A stretch of DNA of 64,000 nucleotides, taken from the NCBI RefSeq assembly GCF_009914755.1, contig NC_060927.1, one strand, 5' to 3'. Positions 1 through 13,190 of the stretch are shown piece by piece. The notes beneath the pieces were generated by a model that was not told the DNA's origin, ran no database searches, and saw nothing but the letters and a program-made list of their open reading frames with translations. The DNA comes from the human T2T-CHM13v2.0 reference genome, Homo sapiens. Numbering within the stretch: the stretch's first letter is position 1; every line of letters starts with the position of its first letter. A program made the position numbers and the translations under genes.

Positions 1-317
1 TATTGCCACACTTGTTTTAGCTGCACAGAATTTAATCATTTTTCTATTTTTGCTACCATCCCTTTTTTATTTTGGAGGGAGGCAGGTTGTTGTTCATCTT
101 TTACTTCTTATTCTAGTAAGAATTTTGATTTCCTCATAAGTCCTATGTATTTGTCTTAAAGCTCACAGCCATGCATCAAGTTTTCTGTCTAGTGCAGAGA
201 TAGTGCCATCACTTTCCCCTTCTGCGCCTGGGTAGATAGTATTACTTGATCAATATATCTTTTAGCTGTAAGCCCAGGTGTCCCCTTGCACCTTTTCTTA
301 GCACAGTGCTTTATACC

Positions 318-511
318 TATGGTTCTCAAACTTCAGCATACCTAAGAATCACCTGGAAAGCTTGTTAAAATACACATTCCCACACCCACCACCCCCATAG
401 ATTCGCATTCAGTAGGTCTGGGATGGGAACTAAGATTCCATTCTACATTTCTAGCAAGTTGCCAGATGACACAGATTCTGCCTATCCACACACCATGGTT
501 TGTTAGCATTG
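318..511. mobile_element. MER5A-like hAT-Charlie MITE
   Basis: GGTTCTCAAACTT...GAATCACCTGG...CTTGTTAAAA...GATTCGCATTCAGTAGGTCTGGG...CATTTCTAGCAAGTT matches the recalled MER5A consensus. Confidence 0.75.
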
Positions 512-519
512 TTCTAGAC

Positions 520-675
520 CAGTGCTTCCAAATTTTAATGTATATATGAATCACTGGAGATTGTGTTCCAATGCAGATTTTCATTCAGTAGGTCTGCTTC
601 TGGCCCTGATATTTAGCTTCTCTAATAAGTTCCAGGTGATACTGCTGGATCATAGACTAAATTTGAGTATCAGGT
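520..675. mobile_element. Second MER5-family MITE, directly adjacent to the first
   Basis: CAGTGCTTCCAAATTTTAATG...GAATCACTGGAGA...ATGCAGATT...TTCAGTAGGTCTG...TCTAATAAGTTCCAGGTGAT. Confidence 0.7.
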
Positions 676-2739
676 CCTCAGTGGCCACTACTATGCAGAG
701 TTGGTTGTGAAGTAAAATTAATCAGCCATGTCTAACCTAGAACCAAGGCCTTCCTTGACCTCAAAGTTTCCTAAATATCATTACATAGACTAGAACCAGG
801 ATAGCTAAAAAATATTCAACTGAGAAACTTTTCTTAAAACTTAGATTTCAAGTCTGTGCAATGAGAAATTGTCCTTCATGAGAAATTTGGGGAGGGGTCC
901 AGGAATCTATTCTTTATACAGTTCTTTTGCCAACCTTGGAGCCCAGGTAAGTGTGGTAGCCACTACTTTATGCTTCTTGGATGATGCACAGGTGTTCATT
1001 CTTGGATTCATCTGATCCCTCACCTAATTATTAATCTTATCAAGATAAAAATGTTGACACTGACTTTTTACATGACTACATTAGATACTGTGGGTCATAC
1101 AGAGATGAATTAGGGACAGATTCTACTTCTCTAGACCTGATAATCTGGTGAAAGAGATTGATGTAATAATACATAGTCACTACTATGGGAAGTCAGGGCA
1201 GAAAACCTGTTTCCTCTCCTTCTCGGTATCCTCCTTCCTGAAACTTAAATTAAAAACATTTGCTCAAGAGGAAATTTCCCATTTCAAATAGAAATCTCAT
1301 AAAAGCATAGAAATGCCAAGGAGATAGTTTTCTATGTAATATTAAGTCATAATATGGGCTTTGCTCTTGGGTGGCGTTCCCAGATACTAGCTAGGTTTGT
1401 AAGTATAACACAACATGTGCATTACACAGTACATATAACAGTGGGAAAATGAATGCCACCTAGAGAACCATAACTTTTGTCATTTCTTGACTTTGGAGAA
1501 ATTTCAATTTGTAGCCTTAATGATATACAACTGTAGATTTTTCCATTTTAAGTAATATGCTGATTGGAGTCTTGCATAGTGTTCTTATTTTCCCAAATTC
1601 TCATCCTATACAAAATTCGCAAATTCTTGTATTCCCAAATTATCATTTCTATACAGAATGTAAAAATTCTAATAAAGCTAATAGTGTAGGTCATATATTT
1701 ACTGTCTGCTGAATGGGGCTGTTCACTGTCATTAAGATTCTGAAAGAAGCACTTGAGAAAACAGGATAATGGAGAAGAAAAAGCTGTAATCAAGCATAAA
1801 AGGACTTTTAAAAGGGGGAACTGAGACATCTTTCAACAGTGACCTTTATAACACTGATACTGGACTGAGACTATAATTGTCCATCACTCTTTTCAATGGT
1901 CAATACTCTGCTCACCACAACTCATTCTTTCAATACCATTGATCCGTTTAACAACCCTGGCTGGCAATCTCTCTTTGTAAGTTACAAAGTTAGTGACATT
2001 TATTCTGCCCTGTTTGGTGGTTCATTGTTAGGCAGTCTCAACATTGTATGTCTTGATGAGTGCAGTCTGGTAAGTGAATTAGGAAAATTTTCAGATGGTA
2101 AAGACCGCTTTTTAGGCAGGATATCATATGGTTAAAGGGAAGCATGGTATAAACCAGCGGCTTCACATCATTACAAAACAACCCTACCTCCACTTTTAAA
2201 GAAATTGACCACGCATTGAGTGGACTTTTGTTTTTTTTTTCCCCCTTCTGCACAGTGGGATGATTAGAAAGATTTTAATTTGAAGGAGAACCCAAATTAT
2301 ATCACTTTCATGGATCTAAAAATTTGGGTCACGGGACTTCAGGGATTGGAGAGAATTGCAAAGATGGAGATGCAATTTGCTTAAGTTGTTCCAGAAATAG
2401 GAATCACATGACAATAATAAAACTGCATTTACTCTCAGGATAATAACCAGTTTCTTCAGATAAGTTCAGATCTTGGTTCTTCTCAACTTTGTGTTCTTAG
2501 GCAATTAGTCTTATCTTCTCTGACACCTAATCTCGCTACTTTTTAATGATTATAACACCAGTATCTATTTTAAAAAGTGTTTTAGAGAATTAAATGAGAT
2601 AATATTTAATAAACAGTATTTATAATAGTGTTCTTTATGATGGTATGCAACTTATTTCTTATTCCTATGGAATATTCTTATGGAATAAGAAATCCATTAA
2701 ATTTCTAATAAAATATTTTACAATAAGTTATCATTTTAA

Positions 2740-2850
2740 TTTTTTATTTACATTGTTCCTTTTGATTCTTACAACAGCCCTGTACAATAGGCATGATAAA
2801 TCTTTTAACTGAGGTTTTATAGATAAGTAAATTAAGTCTCAAAAGGTTAA
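2740..2850 (-). mobile_element. MIR fragment, truncated at GGTTAA
   Basis: TTGATTCTTACAACAGCCCTGT...TTTTATAGATAAGTAAATTAAGTCTCAAAAGGTTAA is a reverse-strand MIR core. Confidence 0.55.
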
Positions 2851-3051
2851 AGGGAAGAATGGATATAAACTGTCAGCCTCATACATTACAAAACGACTTA
2901 AAATTCCACAAAAAGAAAATACTATACCATGTTTTTTTTGAGATTATCTTTATACCATGTTAATATTTTATTTTCAGTGTTTTAAAAATCAGGACTGCTG
3001 AAAGCATGGTAGGATATCAAGCTCTAGGAGTAGTTATTTAAGATAGTTTGA

Positions 3052-3371
<320 letters not shown>

Positions 3372-3501
3372 CCATGGGAAGTTTTTACATTGCGTGGGAT
3401 ACTTAAAAGAGTGGATGCATTTGTGGCACCATTATTCACTTTTTTGACTTCCTTATAATAAAGGATTGATATTTCTGATCCACAGAAGAGAGTGGAATCA
3501 T

Positions 3502-3880
3502 TGTTTTAGTCCATTCTCACGCTGCTAATAAAGACTTACCTGAGACTGGGTTATTTATAAAGGAAAGAAGTTTAATTGACCCATAGTTCAGCATGGCTGG
3601 GGAGGCCTCAGGAAACTTACAATCATGGTGGAAGGGGAAGCAAACATGTCCTTCTTCACAAGGTGGCAGCAAGAGGAAGTGCTGAGCAAAAGGGAGAAAG
3701 GCCCCTTATGAAACCATCAGATCTCATGAGAATTCACTCACTATTACAAGAACAGCAGCATGGGGGTAACTGCCACCATGATTCAATTACGTCCCATTGG
3801 GTCCCTCCCATGACACATGGGGATTATGGGAACTATAAATCAAGATGAGATTTGGGTGGGGACACAGCCCAACCATCTCA
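3502..3880 (-). mobile_element. THE1 (THE1C-like) solo LTR, ERVL-MaLR
   Basis: TG...CA termini; ends GATTTGGGTGGGGACACAGCCCAACCATCTCA; 5-bp TSD ATCAT/ATCAC. Confidence 0.92.
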
Positions 3881-5899
3881 ATCACTTTGCTCTCTTTTCA
3901 TTCTTGATGACGGTGATCATGGACAACAGGCATTGCACACTTACGACGGATCAGGCACTGTTCTGAGTACCTTGTGCATCCTTGTGCATAATCCTTCCAA
4001 TGACTTTGTGGAGTTGTGACAGTAAATGTGTCATAAAAAAAAAATCTCTAAGTAACAGTAAAACACAGCCATTTGTGTATGACTTACTTCTTAATACAAA
4101 ATTAAGAGCTTTCAAGGTTCCCCAGGCAATGTCATTTTAACTACCTTGCATTCTGATGCGTTCCCTTGAATGTGAGACAAGGAAGCACAGTTAGAGCAAA
4201 CTCATGGAGTCCACACCTGGGTACAATCCAGGGAGTGTGTTCTGCTCCTTGGAGAACATCGTCTGAGTATCATAGCAAAATCAAGGCTGGGAAGGGCTAT
4301 CCTAAAGCATCTTGTCTGTGAAGAGGGAAATTGCTGGCTTTCATTCTCTAGTGAATCAAGCCTGATGTATGCAGCAATTTTATGTTTAAGTCCCCCAACC
4401 TTTTATTTCAATGAGATGATCTGAAGTATATCAAATTCCAGGTTAATTGATTCCAGATCTGTTCTTGCTAAACTGTTGGTCAGCTGATCCATGAAAGGGG
4501 CCTTGGAGCTTGTTATCAGATGAGCTGAGATTACTTTCTGGTCCTGAATTATACTAGGGTTTGGGGTACATATCTTAAATTTCTCTGAAACTCAGTTTTA
4601 TTCATAATACAATAGGAATCCAAAGGAATCCTATTGCATAATATTTTACTTTATGGCTGATTTTGGAAGGTAACCTTCCTCATTGAAGCTGTGAATCTAC
4701 TATATTTTTAAACTCTCAGAACAATAAAGAGATGTAATTTGCTTTATGATAATAGAGAATTAATACTTAAACCAAATAAGTAAACCCTGCACACAAGCAG
4801 GAATGCTTGAGGCCATTCTGCTATACTTCCTCACCCTAGAGGTTTGATAACTATCTTAAAATGCAAAGGGGGCAAGAGCCCTGAATCTGCATATGACTGG
4901 AGATTCAGTCTTATAGTCTGACTTTTCTTATAGTCTAACTAGCTGTTTCTCAAGCTTCAGTATGCATATGTATTACTGTTTTGGATTATACACACCAAGT
5001 CAGGTATGGCCTAGTTTGAGAGCAATTAAAAAGATTTTTAAAGTAATTTATGCATAATTTTTATATCTCTAAATCTAATACATTCCTCATCATTCTTGTA
5101 AGATAAAACACCATGACTTTACTACATTCCTGGGTGCATCCTGGCCCTGAGCATTTGCAGTGAGCGCTTCTAAATGCCTCTAAGCATAAATTTCCTTTTC
5201 AGTAAAATGGAGTAATAAAACCCACCTTGAAGTATTTTTGTGAGGACTTAATTAGATTCAAAATTATATCTACACAAAAGGTCTTAGCATATGCCTGGCA
5301 TATTATAAGTATCTAGCAAACATTACTTCCCTTCCTAGCTATCCTACCTCACAACACATCCCACAGCACAAAGCAGGGATGGGTAATCATTCCTGCCTTT
5401 AAGAGCATGTGTCTGTTTTTATCAGCCCTCAGCTTCCTTTTATACATTGCATGGCTGCATAATTGGCAAAATTTTCATTGATTAGTTGAATCCTCCTGGA
5501 TAAATGGTTGTGCAGTTTTCACATCACGTCAAGTTAAGTAAATGCCATAAGTAAAAGGATACATCAACTTTAACCAGAAGCCAAGACCTGATATTTCCTG
5601 CAATGGAGAATGCCTGTTGCTCCTTATGATGTTATCTGCAGCTGACCAGGTTGTCATTAGGCTTTTGATATTGAATCTGTGTAGATACCCACCTTGGCCA
5701 AGTTATTTTGAAAGACAGAAGAATTAAATGAGATTGGAATCTTTCTCTTTCTGTGTTTTTCGTCCCTACTATCCTTAATTGAACTTCTATTGATGTCAGA
5801 AGATATCACTTTAAATAGTAGGCCCCTACTAATGTTTCAATGCTTCTGAAAGTTGTTGGGTTATTCTTAATTTTCTTGCATGGATTTGGGAATTAAAAA

Positions 5900-7050
5900 T
5901 ACATGCTATCACTGCAAATCCATCAGAATGGCCAAAATATAAAAGAATGATAATATTAAGTGTTGATGAGAATGTGGAACCAAGGGAACTCTTGTACATT
6001 TTTGGAGAGAATGTCAAATGTTACAATGTTAAAAAAAACTTTTTGGCAATTTGTAATAGAATATATATCTTTCCTCTGACCCAGAAATTCTTTCACTAAA
6101 CATGCATCTTCAAAAAGATTGTCCAATCATGCTTTTAGCAGCTTTCTTCGCAGTAGCCAAAATTGGAAACTACCTAAGTGTCCATCAATAGGAGAATGGG
6201 TAGAAATGAACTGTGCTATGTTCATACAACAGAAAACTGCCCAGCAATAAAAAAGAGCAGGCCAGGCATGGTGATTCACACCTGTAAACTCAGCATTTTG
6301 GGAAGCTAAGGCAAGAGGATCATTTGAGGACAAGAGTTCAAGACTATCCTGGGCGACATAGTGAGAACCCCATCTCTACCAAAAAAAAAAAATTGTTTTA
6401 AATTAGCATATGTCTCTAGTATGCTACTGCAATCCTAGCTACTGGGGAAGCTGAAGTAGGAGGATTGCTGAAGCCCAGTTTGTGATCAGCCTGGAAAACA
6501 CAGTGAAACCCTGTCTCTACAGTTTTTATTTTAATTAGCCATGGACAATTAAAATAATTAAAATAATGGCACATGCATGTAGTCCTAGCTACTAGGGAGG
6601 CTGAGGTGGGAGGATCACTTGAGCCCAGGAGTTAGAGGCTGTAGTAAGCTATGATTGTGCCGCTGCACTCCAGCCTGGGTGATAGAGCCAGATCCTGCAT
6701 GTAAAAAACAAACAAACAAATTGCAAATGCATTCAACATCATGGATGAAACTCAAAACACTATATTGAGTGAAAGAAGCAAGGCAAAAAGAGTTATACTT
6801 TATAAGTCCATTGATATGAATTGCAAGAATAGGCAAAACCAATCTATGCTGGTAGAAGTCAGAATAGTATTTACTCTGAGAGTACCTGATGAATTGTAGG
6901 GACATAAAGGAACTTTCTGGGAGGGTGAAAGTGTTGTAAGTGTTGTAAATATTGATCTGGATGGTGCTTATATATAGATATGTAAAAATTAATGAAGATA
7001 TACTTTTAAGATTTGTAGATTTTACTATATGTGCATATATGCCTCAAAAA
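5900..7050 (+). mobile_element. Old L1M (L1ME/MC-like) 3' fragment interrupted by Alu
   Basis: ORF2 3'-end motifs (CATCAGAATGGCCAAAAT, AAGTGTTGATGAGAATGTGGA, AAGTGTCCATCAATAGGAGAATGG) continue after the Alu into 3'UTR-like sequence (ATGGATGAAACTCAAAACAC...GAGTGAAAGAAGC). Confidence 0.8.
6260..6720 (+). mobile_element. AluJ-derived trimeric element (left monomer, chimeric monomer, right monomer)
   Basis: Three successive Alu monomers at ~6260-6392, ~6402-6520 and ~6535-6702, with a (CAAA)n tail. Confidence 0.85.
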
Positions 7051-7059
7051 TTTCAAAAA

Positions 7060-7140
7060 ACATATATATATAGCAACATATATATATAGAAACATGTATA
7101 TACATAGCAACATTTATATATAGCAACTATATATATAGTG
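7060..7140. repeat. TA-rich low-complexity repeat
   Basis: Imperfect (TA)n with recurring AGCAAC interruptions. Confidence 0.8.
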
Positions 7141-7544
7141 CTAGAATAGATTTATTAATATAAGGTAAGATGTACCACAGAAAATTAATGACTTTATATA
7201 AAAAACCTTCTGAATACCCAGTTTCTTCAGCAAATATGTGGCATGAGAAAGGGGAGTAAGAAGTAACTGTTACAGATTAAAAATGATTTGAGACATATCA
7301 ATCACATGCAATTTATGTGGATTTCGTTTGGGTCCTGACTTTTTTTTAAATGTGAAAAGATTTTTGAGTGTGATCATGCAATTGTCACTAAGGGTGAAAT
7401 GATAAAAGTAATGAGATTTGCATTAAATATTTCAACCAACAACGTGAGAGCAAAGATATGAAGCAAGAATGGCCAATCATTGAATATACGGCCCAGACTT
7501 ATGAATTAGGAGACTGAAACATTCAGCACAAAAATAGTAGACCA

Positions 7545-7890
<346 letters not shown>

Positions 7891-9339
7891 TAGACCAGTA
7901 TTAGGTGAGCTGAGGGGTGAGTTAATGAGTCTACGTTAGTCCACGGGGCTATCCAAGAGAAAACTGTTGGCTGTGTGAGACAGGAGCTCCTCACTGAAGT
8001 CTAGCGTGGAGAGAAAGATGTCAGGCTCTCTCTGAAGTTGCAGCCCTGAGTTTGAAGGAAATCAGATCAGGAAAATATTTGGAATGGACAAAAAGAGCTA
8101 GCAGAAGCCAAGACCCTCAACACTCAGAGAGTAGACAAAGGAACTAGAGACCCCGGAGGATGCAAAGAAGGATTAATAAGGAAGAATTGAGAGGAGGAAA
8201 AACACCCAAGAAAGTTAGGAATTGCAAAAACCATCTCTTGAATTTCATTCAGAAAGTATTTTCTGAGTACCTGCTATGTAGGCACTGGAATTGAGTTATG
8301 GAGAGGTCATTGCTGACATCTTCCCGAGGCTGTCCCAGAGGAATATGAGGAGACAAGCACAAGGTTGTAGTAATAGAGAATAATCAAGATACAGAGTATT
8401 CACTCTAACTAGAAGGGTAAGAGAGAAAACCCGTACGGGAAATGTGAGAGAAAAACTCTCTATTATTTGTGCTGGTATAACAAAAGGAGACCACCTCAAC
8501 AGGACAGCCAGGCCCCCTGACATCAAGCTGTTAACAGGGCCATCCTTGGTGCTGTACAATTGGAACAGAGGCTCATCGCACTTCCAGCAAGGGAAACACA
8601 GCAGTTGCGGGGCCCCCGCAGTCAGCCACAGCACAAAGAAAAATGCCAGAGAACAGTCAGTTCTCAGGCCTAGAATTAAAAGTGATCAGCTTTCATATTT
8701 CCTGGGGCTCTGCATGTCCAAGTGGAGACCCTATTTGCCAAGTCTCGGCCCTCAGTTAATTTACTTTCCTTTTGCTTTTCCTTACTCCTGAATTGAATTA
8801 TCACCTTCCTGAAAAACCGCGTGTGTAATGGAAAAGCGGACACAAGCCAAAGTGGAATATAGCAGCCCAAATGTGACTCCCATTATCGCCCTATTACATG
8901 AGGAACTGGCTGCTCTTTGCCCTTCGTTCATCTCCTGCTGACTATGAAAACCTAGTCCAGCCGCTTTGTTTTAATGTCAGCTGTTCTGCTCTGACCTTTG
9001 CTGCTCCCTCACCCTCCTCCTTGAGAGAACAGATGAGTTCCATTTGGGGTTGAAGTTATTGTGCATGAAAATCACCGTAAGGGGCAATGAGATTTTTTTC
9101 TTTGCCTTCACAGGACAGGGAGCATTAAGCACCACTCTCTGTCCCTTAAAGTCCAGAAGCGTGCATCTGGCACCCTGTGAGAACCTTCTCACCACACTCT
9201 TCAGTCCTACTGACCTCAGTTTTGCATCATTTCTCCTCCCAATGGCTTTAAAGGTACCTCCTGTTGCTTCCGTATGCATTTTAAGTGTTTTAAAAATACA
9301 TCTGAGGAAATTATTTTAACAGTGGATGTTTCCTGGCTT

Positions 9340-9400
9340 GCATTGCGCACTATATAAACTTCCAATTAGGGCTATTTATCCTTCCGTCCGTGACGCCCCG
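9340..9400. promoter_or_regulatory. Candidate core-promoter/enhancer motif cluster
   Basis: TGCGCAC (9344-9350), TATATAAA (9351-9358), CCAAT, reverse-strand ATAAATA, CGGAAG and a TGACG half-CRE within 60 bp; locally CpG-rich and repeat-free. Motif evidence only. Confidence 0.35.
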
Positions 9401-10624
9401 AAGCAAGGCCCATTTGTGAAATCCAATTATACCTCCTTATTTGCCTGGATTGAAGAACATTTTTAGATCTTTCAACAGGCTTACTTCTCAGGTCTGGAGG
9501 ATTTTGCTTTTTGTTTTTGTTGGGGGGTGGGGGGGCTTTTTGAAAATTTTTTTCTGAGTACCCTAAAATGATTAGATCCATTTTGTTTAATTTTTCTTAA
9601 ATATCGATTTTCACAGGCCACTGTCCAGGAGCCATGGTAAATTCCTGTTAGTGAAGCGCTTTCCTTGGGTTCCGAAGCCTCCTTTGCTCTCAATTCTCAT
9701 TACTTTGCTCTCTGGTCATGGGTGATCTCCCCTCTCTTTTCATGGCTGAGAGTTCACGGCTGTTTCTAATCCAGAATTAGCAGAAGTAGAAAAATCTGCT
9801 CCTTGCAGTAATAACTTTCCCACATATGCTGCTGCTCACTCCGCAGTGCAAAACAGAGCCGGGTTCCAGGCCCACGTGGATCCCTGACATTGCCATAGGC
9901 GCAAAAAGAACATTTAGTTTTTTAAGCAGCTTTGCTAAGGTAAAGCTATCCTTGGGCTTGTATTTGTGTTGAATTCCAAGAAGTCAGTGAAAGCGAAATG
10001 AGCCAAATAAAATGCAGAATGACTCTGGGAAACTTCCGTTTCATTGGCTCAGCTTCCTGGAGAATTTGCCCATGGAAGATTATGTCGCCATTTGCACCAA
10101 GTTGGTGCAGCTGTTTGTCAAGCAAGGCTAGATTCCCTTTGTTTGTATTCTTACCTCGCCCACATTTTTAATGATGTCTATCCTCTATTTCTCATCCAGA
10201 CATTTTTGCCTATCTGCTTTCAATGCTAATGTCTCTCTGTCCTGTTTCCAAATTAAATATCATACTTAAAATATTAATACCACTTGTTCTTTGATTCTTT
10301 GTTTATTCGTCTTATGCAAAACATAACAGTGAGAACTCCATCTGTATTAAATGCTACTGTATGGGCAGATTCAATGACTTATTAATGACTGTTTCATGAT
10401 ATGGGAGAGCCAGGGCTTTATATAATCATGCAATTCTTATTCAAAAATGCTCTGCTAGTACTAGCCTGTAGGGAGAAAAAATGAAATATGCCTATCTTTT
10501 CAAAGATAAAAATGACTAGCTTTGTGAAGATCATTGTAGAAATAACTAAGTTTTGAAACTAGGCCAAGTTACTTCAGTTTCCAAGGAGGTTAGCTCATGT
10601 CTTGAAGTATTTGGGTACATACAT

Positions 10625-11100
10625 TTTTGTAACATTTATTGAAGTGAAAACCACATATCATAAATGTACAGCTCAATGAATTTTCACAAAGTATGTGACC
10701 ACTGCCTGGTGAAGAAATAGTATATTTTTAAGGTGCCTGTTCATGTCTCTAACCCATATTTATTAGTTTCTGCTTTTTAATACATAGGAATTGTTTATAT
10801 ACAGTCTTTACATATGTTGCATATGAATTTTCTGTTCATTATTTGTATTAACAAAAGCCCACTATATAGGTTGCACTTTCACTCTTCTAATGGTGTCTTT
10901 TGTTGACTCTAAGTGCTCCATTTTAATGTGGTCCAACTTACGACTCTTTCCTCTATGGTTCATGTTTTTTTGTGTCCTATTTTAAAATCTCTCCTTATCC
11001 CAAGGTCATAAAGATAGTCTCCATTATTATTTTGTAGAAGCATTACTACATTCATAATTAGAGCTACATCTGCCCAGAAACATATTTTGGTGTTAGTGTG
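10625..11100 (-). mobile_element. Degraded L1M fragments
   Basis: TTTATTGAAGTG...TGTACAGCTCAATGAATTTTCACAAAGT (L1 3' end, reverse) and TTCACTCTTCTAATGGTGTCTTTTG...CCAAGGTCATAAAGAT. Confidence 0.6.
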
Positions 11101-11109
11101 AGAGTCACA

Positions 11110-11510
11110 GGAAGACACTGGAATATTCTTAGGAGAGGCTTATGGGCTAGCTGCTATTTTATAAAGACCTTCTTCTCTGCTTTGTGGACCAAAGTTGAAG
11201 CAGGAGGAACATTTAGAATGTTCTGCTGCACTACTCCTGGTGAGAAATGATTATGGCTTGGATTTGAGTGAAATGGCAATGAGTAGTTGGATGTGATCTG
11301 TGTTTTAGAAACTGAGCCTTCAAATTTTGCAGATGAATAGAATGAGGAATGAGGGAAGAAGAGAAATTAAGGGTGTCTCCTTGCTTCTTAATTTCAGCAA
11401 CGGGTTGAGTAATGGTAATGTTATTTAAGATTGAGCAGGCAAGAGATTTGTGGAGCAAACTGAATAATTCTGTTTGCTGAGGTTAATTTCAGATGAATCA
11501 TTTAAGTGGA
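11110..11510 (-). mobile_element. L2 fragment
   Basis: GGTGAGAAATGATTATGGCTTGGA...GAGTAATGGTAATGTTATTTAAGATTG purine-rich L2-type sequence. Confidence 0.5.
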
Positions 11511-12959
11511 AATGAATGAATGGATGAGTAAACCAATGGACTTGTGTAATAAATAAGCAAGTAAGCGGTAGAACTAGGCACCCAGGTGCCTTGACTCTTA
11601 TGCTTAAAATTAAGATTTTTATCCATTATACAAATATAACCCAGATAATATTCTGTTGAACTTTAGTTTCATAGTATCATGGAAAAATAAAGATTCCCTG
11701 GTCAAATAATTTGGCATATTTGATGTAACAACCCTCTTGATAATTTACTGTATATATTACTTATGTTTCTGAGAAATTCTGCAGGAAAAAATTACTTCTT
11801 TAGCTTTAGTTAACCCAATATTTCTCAAATTTATTTTTCCATAAAAGTGTTCTTAAAGGAAGACCTGCAAACGTCACACAATACTAGTATTAATGTTCTA
11901 TGGAACAATCTTTGGGAAAAACTATTATTCAATCTACTACCATGTTAACATGTAAAACACTACCCTTAAAATACACAAACAGTAATCATTATTCTTGTTC
12001 ACATCTGTCTATTTCTGTAATTTTATATGAGTAGTGAATGTCTTTTAACTACCCTTTCTCAAGGGCAGTTCCCCCATGTCATAATAATTGAAAATTAAGA
12101 AGTTACAGAGTCATAATGAAATTGTCCCCTTTGAACCTTTGTTGACTGAAGCTGCATATTAACCACATCCCATTCAGACCAGGAGTAACAAGAAATATTC
12201 TGAACCCCAGCTGCTACAAGATAACAAGCTTTGACAGCTTCCTAATTACCTTACTATCCTATAGTTAAAAACACTTTAATACTATAGCAATTCTCTTCTC
12301 TTCACATAAGTCAAAAGATATATCTAATTTTCTCCTTAATTGATATCTGTATTGCTGCTTTAAAAAGAATGCACTCCTCCAATATGTTTAACTATTAATT
12401 TATAACCTTTGATCTGAATGTGGGAAATAATTTTAAAAAGAAATTACTTGTTATCAACTGTGAATAGATAAATCTGAAAGCCTCAGCTCAAAGTGGATTT
12501 AATCCTTTTCTTAAAAAAAAAAAAACTCTTTTTTCCTCAAGATCTAACTTTCTATTTAATAAGTTCTTGCATGTTTTATTTCACTCTGCTAAGCTTTATT
12601 TTTTTTCACCTGTAGAATGGGGGAAAATAACAGCCTTAGTGTCACTGTGAACATCAAATAAAAATGATGCATGTAAAAGGATTAGAACAGGATCTGACCC
12701 ATAGAAAATATTCAAGAAATGTTAGTTCTATGCACCTCAGTTATGAAGATTTTTGGATCTGACAGCAACATGGACTCAATATATAGGTGTTGAATCGAAA
12801 TAACTTCAGCTCACATTAAAGTTTCCTTTATTACGTTAATAGAATAAGAGATATTTAGAGCTAGAGTCTCGGACTGTAAGATGTTGTGTAGGCCCAAACA
12901 CAATTGGCAGTGCAACTGTGAACAATTGATGGATCTAGAAGGCACTTAAGAAAATAATG

Positions 12960-13190
12960 TTATAGTATTTACATATTTTTTTTACATGCCCAGTGCTTTG
13001 TTAAACCCTTTACAGGAATGATCTCAGTTAATCCCCAAAACAAGGTGAGTAGTATTGCAGATCCCATTTACAACAATATATTAGGTCTAGACTTACCCAA
13101 GACCAAAGAGCTATTAAGTGGTGGAGGGAGATTTTGACCTAAGACTGTCTACATCCAGAACTTATACTCTTAACTACTCTACATACTACT
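12960..13190 (-). mobile_element. MIR
   Basis: ATCTCAGTTAATCCCC...GACTTACCCAAGACCAAAGAGCTATTAAGTGGTGGAG...ACTCTTAACTACT. Confidence 0.65.
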
